A DNA stretch of 64,000 nucleotides from a candidate division CPR3 bacterium GWF2_35_18. Its GTDB lineage: Bacteria > Patescibacteriota > CPR3 > GWF2-35-18. This document shows, piece after piece, positions 46,370 through 56,294 of this stretch. Position numbers and translations under genes: made by a program. The first letter of the stretch is position 1; each line of letters begins with the position of its first letter. The notes under the pieces are model-generated. The model did not search any database. It had not been told where the DNA came from and saw nothing but the letters and a program-made list of their open reading frames with translations. Where the stretch lies: contig MESW01000007.1 in NCBI GenBank assembly GCA_001771135.1, positions 3,563-67,562 on the forward strand, read 5' to 3'.

Positions 46370-48358
46370 ATGAAAAAGAATAAAACATATACAAAATTAA
46401 TAAATAAGCGATTTTTTCCAGATAAGTTAAAGATCAGTTTTGGAGAGCAAATATATAAGGATAGTGCTAATAAGACATCTAAAGGTTATTATAAAAACTA
46501 TTCTGGATATCAGGGAAATATTAAAGAGGGTAGTTTATCTGTCTTTACTGTTTGGAAATTGGTTCCATTTTATTTATTTTTGATTATAATATTTTCACTT
46601 ATACTTTTCAGATCTTGGCAGCTTCAAGTGATCGAAGGTAAGAAATATCGAGTTTTGGCTGAAGAGAATAGAATTCGTTTTCAGATAACAGATGCTCCAA
46701 GAGGAATTATTTATGATCAGAATGGATATGTTCTAGCTCGAAATATTCCTGGTGTTAAGGTTTATTTTTCACCATATGAATTAAGTCAGGAAACGAAAGA
46801 ACAGGTTATATCAAATCTGAGTATGATTTTAAATAAAAATATTCAAGAGATAAGAGATCTTATTACTGAGGGTGAAAAAAATTCAATTGCTAAAATAGCT
46901 ATCAAGTCAAATATTGACCATGAAAAAGAAATCGAAATTCTGGCCCGGAAAGATGATTTACCCGGGGTATCTTTGGAAGAAGGAATAATCAGAGAGTATC
47001 TTGAAGGTGAGATTTTTTCAAACATAATTGGTTATAATGGTGAACTATCTCAAGAAGAATTAGAATCAGAAAACTATTCAAAGTATTTTTTAGGTGAAAA
47101 GATTGGAAGGTCTGGTCTAGAAAAGTATTACGAATCTGATTTAAAGGGAACATTAGGTCAAAAACTAATTGAAGTTGATGCTAATGGTCAAGAAAAAGAG
47201 CTTATCTATGAAACAAAATCTGCTTCAGGAAATGGTTTAATCTTAAATATTGATCATAATCTTCAGAGAAAAGTATATGAAGTGTTACAGGTAGGCATTA
47301 TTAATTATAAGTCAACAGGAGCTATCGGGATTTTTCAGGATGTAACTACTGGAAGAGTTTTATCTATGGTTTCTCTTCCTAGTTATGATAATAATGTTTT
47401 CGCTAAAGGAGTTAATACTAGTGAGTTAGAAAAAATTCAAAGTGATCCAGGAAATTTGTTATTTAATCGTGCAATTAGTGGAACCTATCCTTCAGGTTCA
47501 ACCATTAAACCTTTAGTGGGTGTAGCTGCTTTAGAAGAAGGTATCATTAAAAAGGATACCTTGTTTAATGATACTGGTGTGATTACAATGGGTGTATATC
47601 GTTTCCCTGATTGGAAAATAGCTTGGGGTTTAGCTCCAAATGGAAACATTAATGTAATAGATGCTATAGCGCAGTCATGTGATACTTTCTTTTATGCCAT
47701 TGGAGGAGGATATGGTTCTCAATCTGGGTTAGGAATTGATAATCTCGGGAAATATGCCGTTAAATTCGGTTTATCTAAGCTTACAAATATAGATTTACCC
47801 GGTGAAAATGAAGGATTATATCCTACTCCTGAATGGAAAGAGGACACCCAAGGTGAAGCTTGGTATTTAGGAGATACTTATTGGGTTGCAATAGGTCAAA
47901 GCTATGTTTTAACGACACCAATACAAATAAACAATTATACTACTGCGGTTGCCAATGGTGGAACTCTGTATAAACCTCAAATAGTAAATAGGGTTGTTGA
48001 TACAAATAAAAGAACCATATTTCAAAAAGAACCAGAAATATTAAATAGTAATTTTATTTATAAGGAAAATTTAGATATAGTTAAAGAAGGAATGAGGAAA
48101 GGAGTTGATGGCGGGATTATCTATCCCTTAAGAGATGCAAAGTATAAGGTCGCTGCTAAAACCGGAACAGCGGAGTTTGGGAAAAAAGATGCTCATGGAT
48201 ATTACGAATCTCATGCGTGGGTAACAGGGTTTTTCCCTTATGATAATCCCAAAGTGTCTTTTACAATATTATTTGAAGCTGGAGGAGAAAGTAGTAATGC
48301 TGCTAAAGCAGCAAAGGAAATCATTGACTGGTATTATGATTATGAACAAAGTTTATAA
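46370..48358 (+). CDS. mrdA: Penicillin-binding protein 2 (elongasome transpeptidase)
   Basis: SxxK as SGSTIKP, SxN region, KTGTAE (KTG); N-terminal TM; 662 aa. Confidence 0.85.
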   Translation: MKKNKTYTKLINKRFFPDKLKISFGEQIYKDSANKTSKGYYKNYSGYQGNIKEGSLSVFTVWKLVPFYLFLIIIFSLILFRSWQLQVIEGKKYRVLAEENRIRFQITDAPRGIIYDQNGYVLARNIPGVKVYFSPYELSQETKEQVISNLSMILNKNIQEIRDLITEGEKNSIAKIAIKSNIDHEKEIEILARKDDLPGVSLEEGIIREYLEGEIFSNIIGYNGELSQEELESENYSKYFLGEKIGRSGLEKYYESDLKGTLGQKLIEVDANGQEKELIYETKSASGNGLILNIDHNLQRKVYEVLQVGIINYKSTGAIGIFQDVTTGRVLSMVSLPSYDNNVFAKGVNTSELEKIQSDPGNLLFNRAISGTYPSGSTIKPLVGVAALEEGIIKKDTLFNDTGVITMGVYRFPDWKIAWGLAPNGNINVIDAIAQSCDTFFYAIGGGYGSQSGLGIDNLGKYAVKFGLSKLTNIDLPGENEGLYPTPEWKEDTQGEAWYLGDTYWVAIGQSYVLTTPIQINNYTTAVANGGTLYKPQIVNRVVDTNKRTIFQKEPEILNSNFIYKENLDIVKEGMRKGVDGGIIYPLRDAKYKVAAKTGTAEFGKKDAHGYYESHAWVTGFFPYDNPKVSFTILFEAGGESSNAAKAAKEIIDWYYDYEQSL

Positions 48359-48389
48359 ATAACGTAATTAGTTTCAGATTTGCTAAATT

Positions 48390-49487
48390 ATGGGAAACAA
48401 AATAAACAGTGAAAATAAATATCTTGTTGGTTTAAGTATGTTGCCAGGTGTTGGTTCAAGAACGATATCCAAATTAATTAGTTATTTTGGTTCGGCTGAA
48501 TCTGCATGGAAAGCATCAAATAATAGTATAAACACGATTAATTTTCAATCAAATATTAAAGATTCAATCAGAAATTTTCGTCCCAAAATTGATTTAGAGA
48601 GAATAACAGATCAGTTTAGCAAACAAGGCATAAAACTGTTAAATATTGCCGATGATACTTATCCGGAACTTTTGAAACAGATATATGATTCCCCAATGTT
48701 ACTTTACTATAAGGGTAATCTGGATTGGAAAAATTCATTATTTTTTTCCGTAGTTGGAACTAGAAAGATAACTCCTTATGGGAAAAGAGCAATAGAAGAG
48801 ATAATATCAGCTTTGACGCTACAGGGTTTGACAATTGTTTCCGGTATGGCTAGAGGTGGGGATACTGTAGCTCATCAGGTAGCGATAAAAAATCATGGTA
48901 AAACAGTAGCTGTTTTAGGCTCTGGCGTAAATGTTATCTATCCTCCAGAAAATAAACGACTAGCTGATGAAATTATTCAGAATGGAGCACTTCTTTCGGA
49001 ATTTCCTCCTGACGCTGAACCGCGAAAACAGAATTTTCCTCTGAGAAATCGAATTGTTAGCGGTATTTCTCTTGGGGTTCTCGTGGTTGAAGCCTGTGAA
49101 AAAAGTGGAACTCTAATCACCGCAAATTGTGCTCTAGAACAGAATCGAGAAGTTTTTGCTCTACCGGGATCTATTTTTAGTCCTTATTCTAAAGGACCAG
49201 CTGAGCTTATTAAGATGGGAGCGAAACTAGTTACATCCGTTACCGATATTCTAGAAGAGTTAAATTTAGAATCAAAGATCCAGTTTAAAAAGGCAAAAGA
49301 AGTAATTCCGGATTCAAAAGAGGAAGAGAAAATATTGTTTGTATTAAATTTGCATGATTATGTTATGATAGATCAGTTAATCAGAGAAACTGCTTTGGAA
49401 TCGGCAATAATTCTTTCGACCTTGACGATGATGGAAATGAAGGGTAAAGTAAAAAACTTAGGATCAGGAAAGTATAGTAAAATTTAA
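48390..49487 (+). CDS. dprA: DNA processing protein DprA (Smf)
   Basis: Rossmann-like core GMARGGDTVAHQVAIKNHGKTVAVLGSGVNVIYPPEN. Confidence 0.85.
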   Translation: MGNKINSENKYLVGLSMLPGVGSRTISKLISYFGSAESAWKASNNSINTINFQSNIKDSIRNFRPKIDLERITDQFSKQGIKLLNIADDTYPELLKQIYDSPMLLYYKGNLDWKNSLFFSVVGTRKITPYGKRAIEEIISALTLQGLTIVSGMARGGDTVAHQVAIKNHGKTVAVLGSGVNVIYPPENKRLADEIIQNGALLSEFPPDAEPRKQNFPLRNRIVSGISLGVLVVEACEKSGTLITANCALEQNREVFALPGSIFSPYSKGPAELIKMGAKLVTSVTDILEELNLESKIQFKKAKEVIPDSKEEEKILFVLNLHDYVMIDQLIRETALESAIILSTLTMMEMKGKVKNLGSGKYSKI

Positions 49488-49492
49488 AACAC

Positions 49493-51517
49493 ATGGCAAA
49501 ACCAAAAGTAGCGGTTATCGTTGAATCTCCAACAAAAGCAAAAACAATATCAAAATATCTCCCTTCAAATTATCAGATTGAAGCAAGTTTTGGGCATATG
49601 CGTGATTTACCAAAAGGAAACTTAGGAGTAGATGTTGAAAATAATTTCAATCCTTCTTACGTAATTCCTCGTGATAAAACCAAACAGGTGAATCAATTTA
49701 AAAAACAGATGATTGATAAATCCTTATTCTATTTAGCTACAGACCCTGATAGAGAAGGTGAAGCTATTGCCTTTCATGTGCGTGAGATTCTTAAGAAAAA
49801 TAATAAAGATCTTCACGATCGTGATTTTAAAAGAGTTGTTTTTCATGAAATTACAAAAGAAGCAATTCAAGAAGCATTTGAACGCCCAATGATGTTGAAC
49901 GAAAAACTATTTGAAGCACAAACAGCACGTAGAGTTTTGGATCGTTTGGTTGGTTATAAATTATCACCTTTACTATGGGATAAAATAAGAAAAGGTCTTT
50001 CAGCAGGTAGAGTACAATCCGTTACTGTAAAATTGATTGTTGATAGGGAAAGAGAAATCCAAGCTTTTAAAGCGGAAGAATATTGGGAAGTTGAGGCGGA
50101 TTTTTTTACAGTGAGAAATGATAAGTTCAAAGCAATTCTTTACAAAAGAGGCGATATTACGAAGAAAAACGGGAAGATTACTATAAAAAATGAACAAGAA
50201 GCGCAATTAATTCTAAAGGAATTAGAAAAAGGTGAATATAGAGTTGGTAAAATAGAGGATAAGAAAGTTTCTAAGTCTCCGTACCCTCCTTTTATTACAA
50301 GTACATTACAACAAGCGGCTATAAATATTTATAGCTTCAGTTCAAAACGTACAATGATGGCCGCCCAAAAGCTTTTTGAGAAGGGATTGATTACGTATAT
50401 GCGTACCGATTCCTTTAATTTAAGTGAATCAGCCACTTCAAAAATTCGAGAATATATCAAATCAAATTTTGGTAAAGATTATCTTCCCGAAAGTGTTCTT
50501 CGATACAAAAGCCGGTCAAAAGTTGCCCAAGAAGCTCATGAAGCAATTCGTCCTACAGATATTAATTTAACTCCAACAAACCTTAATTCTGATCTTGAAG
50601 GGGATGAAAAGAAGGTATATGAACTCATTTGGAAAAGGACATTGGCTTGTCAAATGGAGAAATCTCAATATTTGCAAACTTCTTGCGATATAATTACTAC
50701 CAATTTTGATTTAAACTATCTTTTGAAAGCGAATGGAAACAGATTATTGTTTTCTGGGTGGAGAAAGGTCTATACAACAGAAAATGGTGACCATGATATC
50801 AATCAAGAACATTTACTGCCAGAGTTGAAAATTGAGGAAAAAGTGCTTTTGGATAAGTTATCTCCGAACCAAAAATTTACTAAACCACCCGCAAGATACA
50901 CTGAGGCATCTTTGATTAAAGCACTAGAAGAGCATGATATTGGCCGTCCGTCGACCTATGCTCCGACTATCTCTACCATACTAGCCAGATTATATATTGA
51001 AAAAGAAGAAAAATCCTTAAAACCAACTGAAGTTGGATTTAAAGTAACTGATTTTTTAGTTCAATATTTTCCGGATATTGTCAATTACGATTTTACCGCG
51101 GAGATGGAAGAAAGTCTTGATGCTGTCGCTCGGGGTGAAAGAAAATGGGTTCCTCTGATTGCCGAATTTTATAGTCCTTTTGAGAAAAAAATCGAAGCAG
51201 TTTTTGCAGATGGACAAAAAATAGAACTTGAGGAGGATAAAACCACTGAGGTTTGTGAAAAATGTGGAAAACCAATGGTAATAAAGGTAGGCAGATTTGG
51301 TCGATTTTTAGCTTGTTCAGGATATCCTGAATGTAAAAATGCAAAACCATTAGTACAAAAAATTGACTTTAAATGTCCAGAATGCGGTGGAGATGTTGTT
51401 ATAAAAAGAACTAAAAAGGGTCGGAAATTTTATGGATGTTCGAATTATCCCAATTGTAAATACGCAAGTTGGAAAAAACCGCAAGAGAAAAAAGCAGAAG
51501 TAGAGAAAACAAACTAA
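49493..51517 (+). CDS. topA: DNA topoisomerase I
   Basis: Toprim N-terminus VAVIVESPTKAKTISKYL, active-site region, C-terminal Zn-ribbons CEKCGKPMVIKVGRFGRFLACSGYPECKNA and CPECGGDVV...GCSNYPNCKY. Confidence 0.9.
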   Translation: MAKPKVAVIVESPTKAKTISKYLPSNYQIEASFGHMRDLPKGNLGVDVENNFNPSYVIPRDKTKQVNQFKKQMIDKSLFYLATDPDREGEAIAFHVREILKKNNKDLHDRDFKRVVFHEITKEAIQEAFERPMMLNEKLFEAQTARRVLDRLVGYKLSPLLWDKIRKGLSAGRVQSVTVKLIVDREREIQAFKAEEYWEVEADFFTVRNDKFKAILYKRGDITKKNGKITIKNEQEAQLILKELEKGEYRVGKIEDKKVSKSPYPPFITSTLQQAAINIYSFSSKRTMMAAQKLFEKGLITYMRTDSFNLSESATSKIREYIKSNFGKDYLPESVLRYKSRSKVAQEAHEAIRPTDINLTPTNLNSDLEGDEKKVYELIWKRTLACQMEKSQYLQTSCDIITTNFDLNYLLKANGNRLLFSGWRKVYTTENGDHDINQEHLLPELKIEEKVLLDKLSPNQKFTKPPARYTEASLIKALEEHDIGRPSTYAPTISTILARLYIEKEEKSLKPTEVGFKVTDFLVQYFPDIVNYDFTAEMEESLDAVARGERKWVPLIAEFYSPFEKKIEAVFADGQKIELEEDKTTEVCEKCGKPMVIKVGRFGRFLACSGYPECKNAKPLVQKIDFKCPECGGDVVIKRTKKGRKFYGCSNYPNCKYASWKKPQEKKAEVEKTN

Positions 51518-51546
51518 TTATATAATTAACCCTTACTACTTATAAA

Positions 51547-52686
51547 ATGAAAGTATATTTTACCGCTTCAGTATCATCAGGTCGGGCTTATCTTCTTCAA
51601 TATAAAATCATTATTAAAGCATTAAAGAGTCTTGGTCATAAAGTTCTATCTGAGGATGTGGCTTTTGATAGTGTTAACAAAAATGGAGATCGTTTAAAAA
51701 GAGACTCAACTCTTCCTCCAGCAGAGATTTTTTTAAGAGAACGAAGAGAAGTTGAAGAATCGGATATTGTGATTGCTGAAGTTTCTCAATCTTCTATGGG
51801 GGTAGGATTTTTGATAAGTCATGCTCTTCAGCAAAGAAAACCGGTTTTAGCACTTCTCTATGGAGATATCGAAGAAAAAAATATCTCTCCTTTTCTGGAA
51901 GGGCATCCCTCTCAAAATCTTTTTTTAGAACATTATACTGAAGATAACTTGAAGATTGTTTTAAAAAAGTTTTTCCATCATATGGAAGTGAATAACAAAC
52001 GTAAAGGTAAATTAGTCGTAGTTGATGGGAGTGATAGCTCTGGGAAGAAAACTCAAGTAGATTTATTATTACAATATCTTCAAAGTAAGAAATACAAAAC
52101 TAAGTATATTGACTTTCCTCGTTATTATTCATCTTTTCACGGTCGTACTGTAGCGCGATATTTAAAAGGAGAATTTGGAGGATTGAATGAAGTAAATCCT
52201 TATCTATCTTCACTAGCATACGCTTTAGATCGCTCGGCAGCAAAAGAAGATCTGGATGCGTGGTTACTTGAAGATAATATCGTTATTGCAAACAGATATG
52301 TTTCATCAAGCATGGCTTTTCAAACAGTTAGGCTTCCTGAAAAAGAAAGAGAAATTTTTTTGAAATGGTTGTACGAAATGGAATACAAAGAACATAAACT
52401 TCCTATAGAAGATATTGTTATTTATCTTTACGTACCGGTTTCTATTTCGCAAAAACTTATGGAGAATCGAGAAAAGAAAAAATACCTCAAGGGAAAAGAT
52501 AAAGATATTCACGAAAAAAATGTTGAATATCTTAAAGATGTTGAAAATATGTATCTAGAGCTTGTTAAAAGAAACAAGAAATGGGTGAAGATTAATTGTA
52601 TTGATAAAAAGGGAAACCTAAGATCCAAAGAAGATATCCATAGGGAAGTGATCAGTCTTTTAAAGAAAAAAATGATCTTTAAATAA
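51547..52686 (+). CDS. tmk: Fusion: N-terminal nucleoside 2-deoxyribosyltransferase / DNPH1(Rcl)-like domain (catalytic Glu replaced) + C-terminal thymidylate kinase
   Basis: N-domain VYFTASVSSGRAY ... DIVIAEVSQSSMGVGFLISHA (Rcl has DVVVAEVTQPSLGVGYELGRA; E to L here); C-domain P-loop VVVDGSDSSGKKTQ, DRY motif ANRYVSSSMAFQ. Confidence 0.8.
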   Translation: MKVYFTASVSSGRAYLLQYKIIIKALKSLGHKVLSEDVAFDSVNKNGDRLKRDSTLPPAEIFLRERREVEESDIVIAEVSQSSMGVGFLISHALQQRKPVLALLYGDIEEKNISPFLEGHPSQNLFLEHYTEDNLKIVLKKFFHHMEVNNKRKGKLVVVDGSDSSGKKTQVDLLLQYLQSKKYKTKYIDFPRYYSSFHGRTVARYLKGEFGGLNEVNPYLSSLAYALDRSAAKEDLDAWLLEDNIVIANRYVSSSMAFQTVRLPEKEREIFLKWLYEMEYKEHKLPIEDIVIYLYVPVSISQKLMENREKKKYLKGKDKDIHEKNVEYLKDVENMYLELVKRNKKWVKINCIDKKGNLRSKEDIHREVISLLKKKMIFK

Positions 52687-52690
52687 ATTG

Positions 52691-53182
52691 CTATTTTGTT
52701 AGTTCAAGAAACCGGAACTCATATTGATTTTCTTTTCGCCAATCGGATTCCCAGATTACTTTTTTGAATTTAGAATACTCTGGAAAGAATATTGAAGCAT
52801 TGAAATTACCTTTTACTTCGGTCAAATAGAGTTTATTAGCATATATCATTGCTTGCTGATAAATTTGACCGCCACCGATAATAAAAATCTCTTTTTGGTC
52901 GATATTTTTTGCTTCCTCAAGAGCGTTTTCTAAAGAATTAGCTACGATAATTCCATTTTGAGAAAAACTTGGATCACGGGTAATTACAATATTGGTTCTT
53001 TTAAGCAGTGGTTTTCCAATTGATTCAAAGGTCTTTCTTCCCATAATAATTGGATGGTTTGTAGTTAGAGTCTTGAATCTTTTAAAGTCTTCAGAGATAT
53101 GCCACAAAAGATTATTACCGTTTCCGATTTCGCGGTTAGGACCTATTGCAACGATGATACTAATAGTTGGTTTTGAGTTCAT
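52691..53182 (-). CDS. folA: Dihydrofolate reductase
   Basis: ISIIVAIGPNREIGNGNNLLWHISEDFKRFKTLTTNHPIIMGRKTFESIG. Confidence 0.85.
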   Translation of the reverse strand: MNSKPTISIIVAIGPNREIGNGNNLLWHISEDFKRFKTLTTNHPIIMGRKTFESIGKPLLKRTNIVITRDPSFSQNGIIVANSLENALEEAKNIDQKEIFIIGGGQIYQQAMIYANKLYLTEVKGNFNASIFFPEYSKFKKVIWESDWRKENQYEFRFLELTK

Positions 53183-53562
53183 TTACAGATTTCCTTGAAT
53201 GTTGTTTCTAATATTTTAGTAATATCAGCAAGATTCTCATATTCTATAAATTCATTGCTTATTTTTTGTAAAGAATATGCGGTTTTCACTCCTTTTTTAT
53301 AAATACAAACAATAGGTGTTTGGTATATGTCTGCCCAGCCTAACTCTATTCCTTGTCCAGTTGACGGAAAAGATACTTCCGCAAGTACTATATCTATAGA
53401 ATTTGATTCTAACAACTTCTTAATCTCGTACGGTTGTTTGCTATTTTCATGTGGAAAGATAAATTCGTACTTATTATTCAAAAAAGAGTTTCTTAACGGT
53501 TTATACAAACTATTTTTATAATCAGAATTTCTTAGATGAGAAACGTATATTTTCTTAAGCAT
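53179..53562 (-). CDS. Small nucleoside 2-deoxyribosyltransferase / DNPH1-like protein retaining the catalytic Glu
   Basis: DIVLAEVSFPSTGQGIELGWADIYQTPIVCIY (GxGxELG core); 4-nt overlap with folA start, 3-nt gap after thyA. Confidence 0.6.
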   Translation of the reverse strand: MLKKIYVSHLRNSDYKNSLYKPLRNSFLNNKYEFIFPHENSKQPYEIKKLLESNSIDIVLAEVSFPSTGQGIELGWADIYQTPIVCIYKKGVKTAYSLQKISNEFIEYENLADITKILETTFKEICK

Positions 53563-53565
53563 GGT

Positions 53566-54543
53566 TTAAACTTTATCTTTTCCAAATCCACCGATAACTG
53601 CTATAGGAGCTTTTATTGGTGGGTAAGGGTTATATCCTTCTAGGATAAAATCTTCAAATTTAAAGTCATCGATGTTCTTAATTTCTGGATTGATTTTCAT
53701 GGTTGGAAAGGGTTTTGGTTCTCGTGAAAGTTGTTCTTTTACCTGTTCCATATGATTTTCATAAATATGAACATCTCCGAAAGTGTGAACAAAATCTCCG
53801 GGTTCATATCCAGTTGCTTGAGCCAGTATCATGGTCAGAAGCGCATAACTAGCAATGTTAAAAGGTACGCCTAAAAAAACATCTGCGGAACGTTGATAAA
53901 GAAGTAGCGAAAGTTTCTTTTGTTCAACATTTATATTTACATGAAACATGGTATGACAGGGGACAATGGACATCGATTTTTCTTTTGAAGCTGACATTTC
54001 ATAGGAGAATTCAGGGTTCCAAGCGGAAACTAGGAAATGCTTTTTGTTTGGTTTTCGTTTAATTTTTTCAATCATCCAGGCAATTTGGTCTACAATTCGT
54101 CCGTCACTGCATTTCCATTTGCGCCATTGAACTCCATATACTGGACCGATATACCCCCATTTTTCCGCAAACTTCTCGTCATCTTTTATCTTTTGAGTAA
54201 AAGCTTTGATATCCAGTTCGGGAACTTCTTTATTATCCATGGCGTTTTGATAGCTTTTATATGCCCAGTCATCCCAGATATGCACATTATTATCGACAAG
54301 GTATTTAATGTTGTCGCAATTACCGGATAAAAACCATAGGAGCTCATGGATAATTCCGCGAAGAAAAACTTTTTTTGTGGTTAGAAGTGGAAAACCTTTG
54401 GAAAGATCAAAACGAATTTGGCGTCCAAAAACGCTTTTAAGTTTAATTCCGGTACTATGGCTAACCTTTATTGTTCCATTGTCTAAAATATCTTGCAGTA
54501 GATTGAGATATTGGTACTCTGGGTGTTGTTGATTTTGTGACAT
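53566..54543 (-). CDS. thyA: Thymidylate synthase (ThyA, long form with insertion)
   Basis: YLNLLQDILDNGT, FGRQIRFDLSKGFPLLTTKKVFLRGIIHELLWFLSG, catalytic Cys IVPCHTMFH, YQRSADVFLGVPFNIASYALLT. Confidence 0.9.
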   Translation of the reverse strand: MSQNQQHPEYQYLNLLQDILDNGTIKVSHSTGIKLKSVFGRQIRFDLSKGFPLLTTKKVFLRGIIHELLWFLSGNCDNIKYLVDNNVHIWDDWAYKSYQNAMDNKEVPELDIKAFTQKIKDDEKFAEKWGYIGPVYGVQWRKWKCSDGRIVDQIAWMIEKIKRKPNKKHFLVSAWNPEFSYEMSASKEKSMSIVPCHTMFHVNINVEQKKLSLLLYQRSADVFLGVPFNIASYALLTMILAQATGYEPGDFVHTFGDVHIYENHMEQVKEQLSREPKPFPTMKINPEIKNIDDFKFEDFILEGYNPYPPIKAPIAVIGGFGKDKV

Positions 54544-54652
54544 TCTGTTCTCCTTTTATGTTAATCAAGTGGTATCCTAACGGATTTAAAAATTAACTTC
54601 AATACCATTTTAGTTTTAATTGATTAGAAGCTATTTTGAGTCATTATTTTTC

Positions 54653-54681
54653 TTGATTATTAAATTCTTTCATGGTATATT
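54653..54681 (+). promoter_or_regulatory. Sigma70-type promoter for rpsB-tsf (TTGATT, 17 nt, extended -10 TGGTATATT)
   Basis: Read directly; ~100 nt leader with hairpin before SD AAAGGAGG. Confidence 0.5.
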
Positions 54682-54784
54682 GCTGTTTCGTTAGTAAATT
54701 CACACGTTCTCTTCAAACAAAAAACTCCTTGTCTGTAAAATACAGGCAATTATAGAGAACGGAGGCTTAAAGGAGGCTATAATC

Positions 54785-55714
54785 ATGAATGTTACTTTAG
54801 AAAATCTATTAGAAGCAGGTGTTCACTTTGGGCATCAAATTAAAAGATGGAATCCCAAGATGAAAAACTTTATTTACACTCATCGAAATGGGGTTCATAT
54901 TATTGATTTATCACAAACCCTGGAAATGATGCAAAAAGCCGCTTCCTATATTGAAAAAGAAGTGGCTAGTGGGAAAAATATAATCTTTGTGGGAACAAAA
55001 AGACAAGCTAAGGATATCATTGTAAAAGAGGCCGTTGCCTGTGGAGCAATGTACATTAATAACCGTTGGCCAGGAGGTTTAATCACAAATTTTCCTTCCG
55101 TAAAAAATACCATTTCTAAGTATAATAAAATGTTAAAAATGAAAGAGTCTAAAGAGACTGAGAAAATGACGAAAAAAGACCTTTCTGTTTTTAATAAAGA
55201 CTTGGAAAGAAAAGAAAAGCTTGTTGGGGGTATAAAAAATCTAACCGATAGACCAGATCTGCTTTTTGTTCTTGATGTTAAAAGAGAGATTAATGCTATT
55301 AGAGAAGCAAAACAAAAAGACATTCCTGTTATTTCAATTTGTGATACCAATTCGAATCCTGATCTTGTTACTATTGCAATTCCGGGGAATGATGACGCCA
55401 TAAAATCAATTACTCTTTTAGTTTCTTTTATTGCTGATGCGGTAGAAAAAGGTTTGAGCAAGAGATCGAAAGAAGTGAAAACAAAGATTGTTAAAGATTC
55501 TCCGAAGTTGTCAGAACTTAAAAATCATAAAAAAGATGTAGAATTAGATCATGTTGGAATTTCAGATGTTGTACTAGCAAAGTTAAAAGAAGAAGGAATT
55601 GAAACTTTATCTCAGCTTGAAGATAAAAAAGATGAGGAGTTACTGGCAATGAAAGGTTTGGGTCAAAAGGCAGTTACCAAACTAAAAGAAGACGTTAAAA
55701 ATTATAAAAAGTAA
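54785..55714 (+). CDS. rpsB: Ribosomal protein S2 with ~60 aa C-terminal extension containing a helix-hairpin-helix
   Basis: LLEAGVHFGHQIKRWNPKM...; extension GISDVVLAKLKEEGIETLSQLEDKKDEELLAMKGLGQKAVTKLKED. Confidence 0.9.
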   Translation: MNVTLENLLEAGVHFGHQIKRWNPKMKNFIYTHRNGVHIIDLSQTLEMMQKAASYIEKEVASGKNIIFVGTKRQAKDIIVKEAVACGAMYINNRWPGGLITNFPSVKNTISKYNKMLKMKESKETEKMTKKDLSVFNKDLERKEKLVGGIKNLTDRPDLLFVLDVKREINAIREAKQKDIPVISICDTNSNPDLVTIAIPGNDDAIKSITLLVSFIADAVEKGLSKRSKEVKTKIVKDSPKLSELKNHKKDVELDHVGISDVVLAKLKEEGIETLSQLEDKKDEELLAMKGLGQKAVTKLKEDVKNYKK

Positions 55715-55751
55715 CTTTTAAGGTATAAAAAAATATCGATGGAGGATCATA

Positions 55752-56222
55752 ATGAGCGTAAATACTGAAGATATTAAAAAATTAAGGGAAGAAACTGGAG
55801 CGGGGGTATTAGATTGTAAAAGAGCTTTAGATGAATCTAAGGGAAACTTTGAAAAGGCAAAAGAAATTATCAAGGAAAAGGGTTTTTTAAAAGCAGATAA
55901 AAAAGCTTCTAGAGAAACCTCTCAAGGACTCATTGAGACTTATGTTCACGGTGGTGGAAAAGTAGGAGTAATGCTTGAGTTACTTTGTGAAACAGACTTT
56001 GTAGCTAGAAACTCAGATTTTAAAAAATTAGCGCATGAACTTGCAATGCATATTGCAGCTATGGAGCCAAAGAATATTAAGGAATTACTCAAACAGAATT
56101 ACATTCGTGATATGAGTGTTACAGTTGAAGCTTTAATTAAACAGCATATTGCCAAAATAGGAGAAAATATCGTCCTGAAGAGGTTTGAAAGATATGTTTT
56201 AGGGTTTCAATCTAAAGACTAA
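55752..56222 (+). CDS. tsf: Elongation factor Ts (unusually short, 156 aa)
   Basis: N-terminal UBA-like IKKLREETGAGVLDCKRALDES; dimerisation/core region truncated relative to 200-280 aa forms. Confidence 0.8.
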   Translation: MSVNTEDIKKLREETGAGVLDCKRALDESKGNFEKAKEIIKEKGFLKADKKASRETSQGLIETYVHGGGKVGVMLELLCETDFVARNSDFKKLAHELAMHIAAMEPKNIKELLKQNYIRDMSVTVEALIKQHIAKIGENIVLKRFERYVLGFQSKD

Positions 56223-56294
56223 AAACTAAAAGTATCATATTTTCTGTTTTTAAGATAAAATATGATTATTCTAGTTAAGCTTGAAAGGAGAAAA

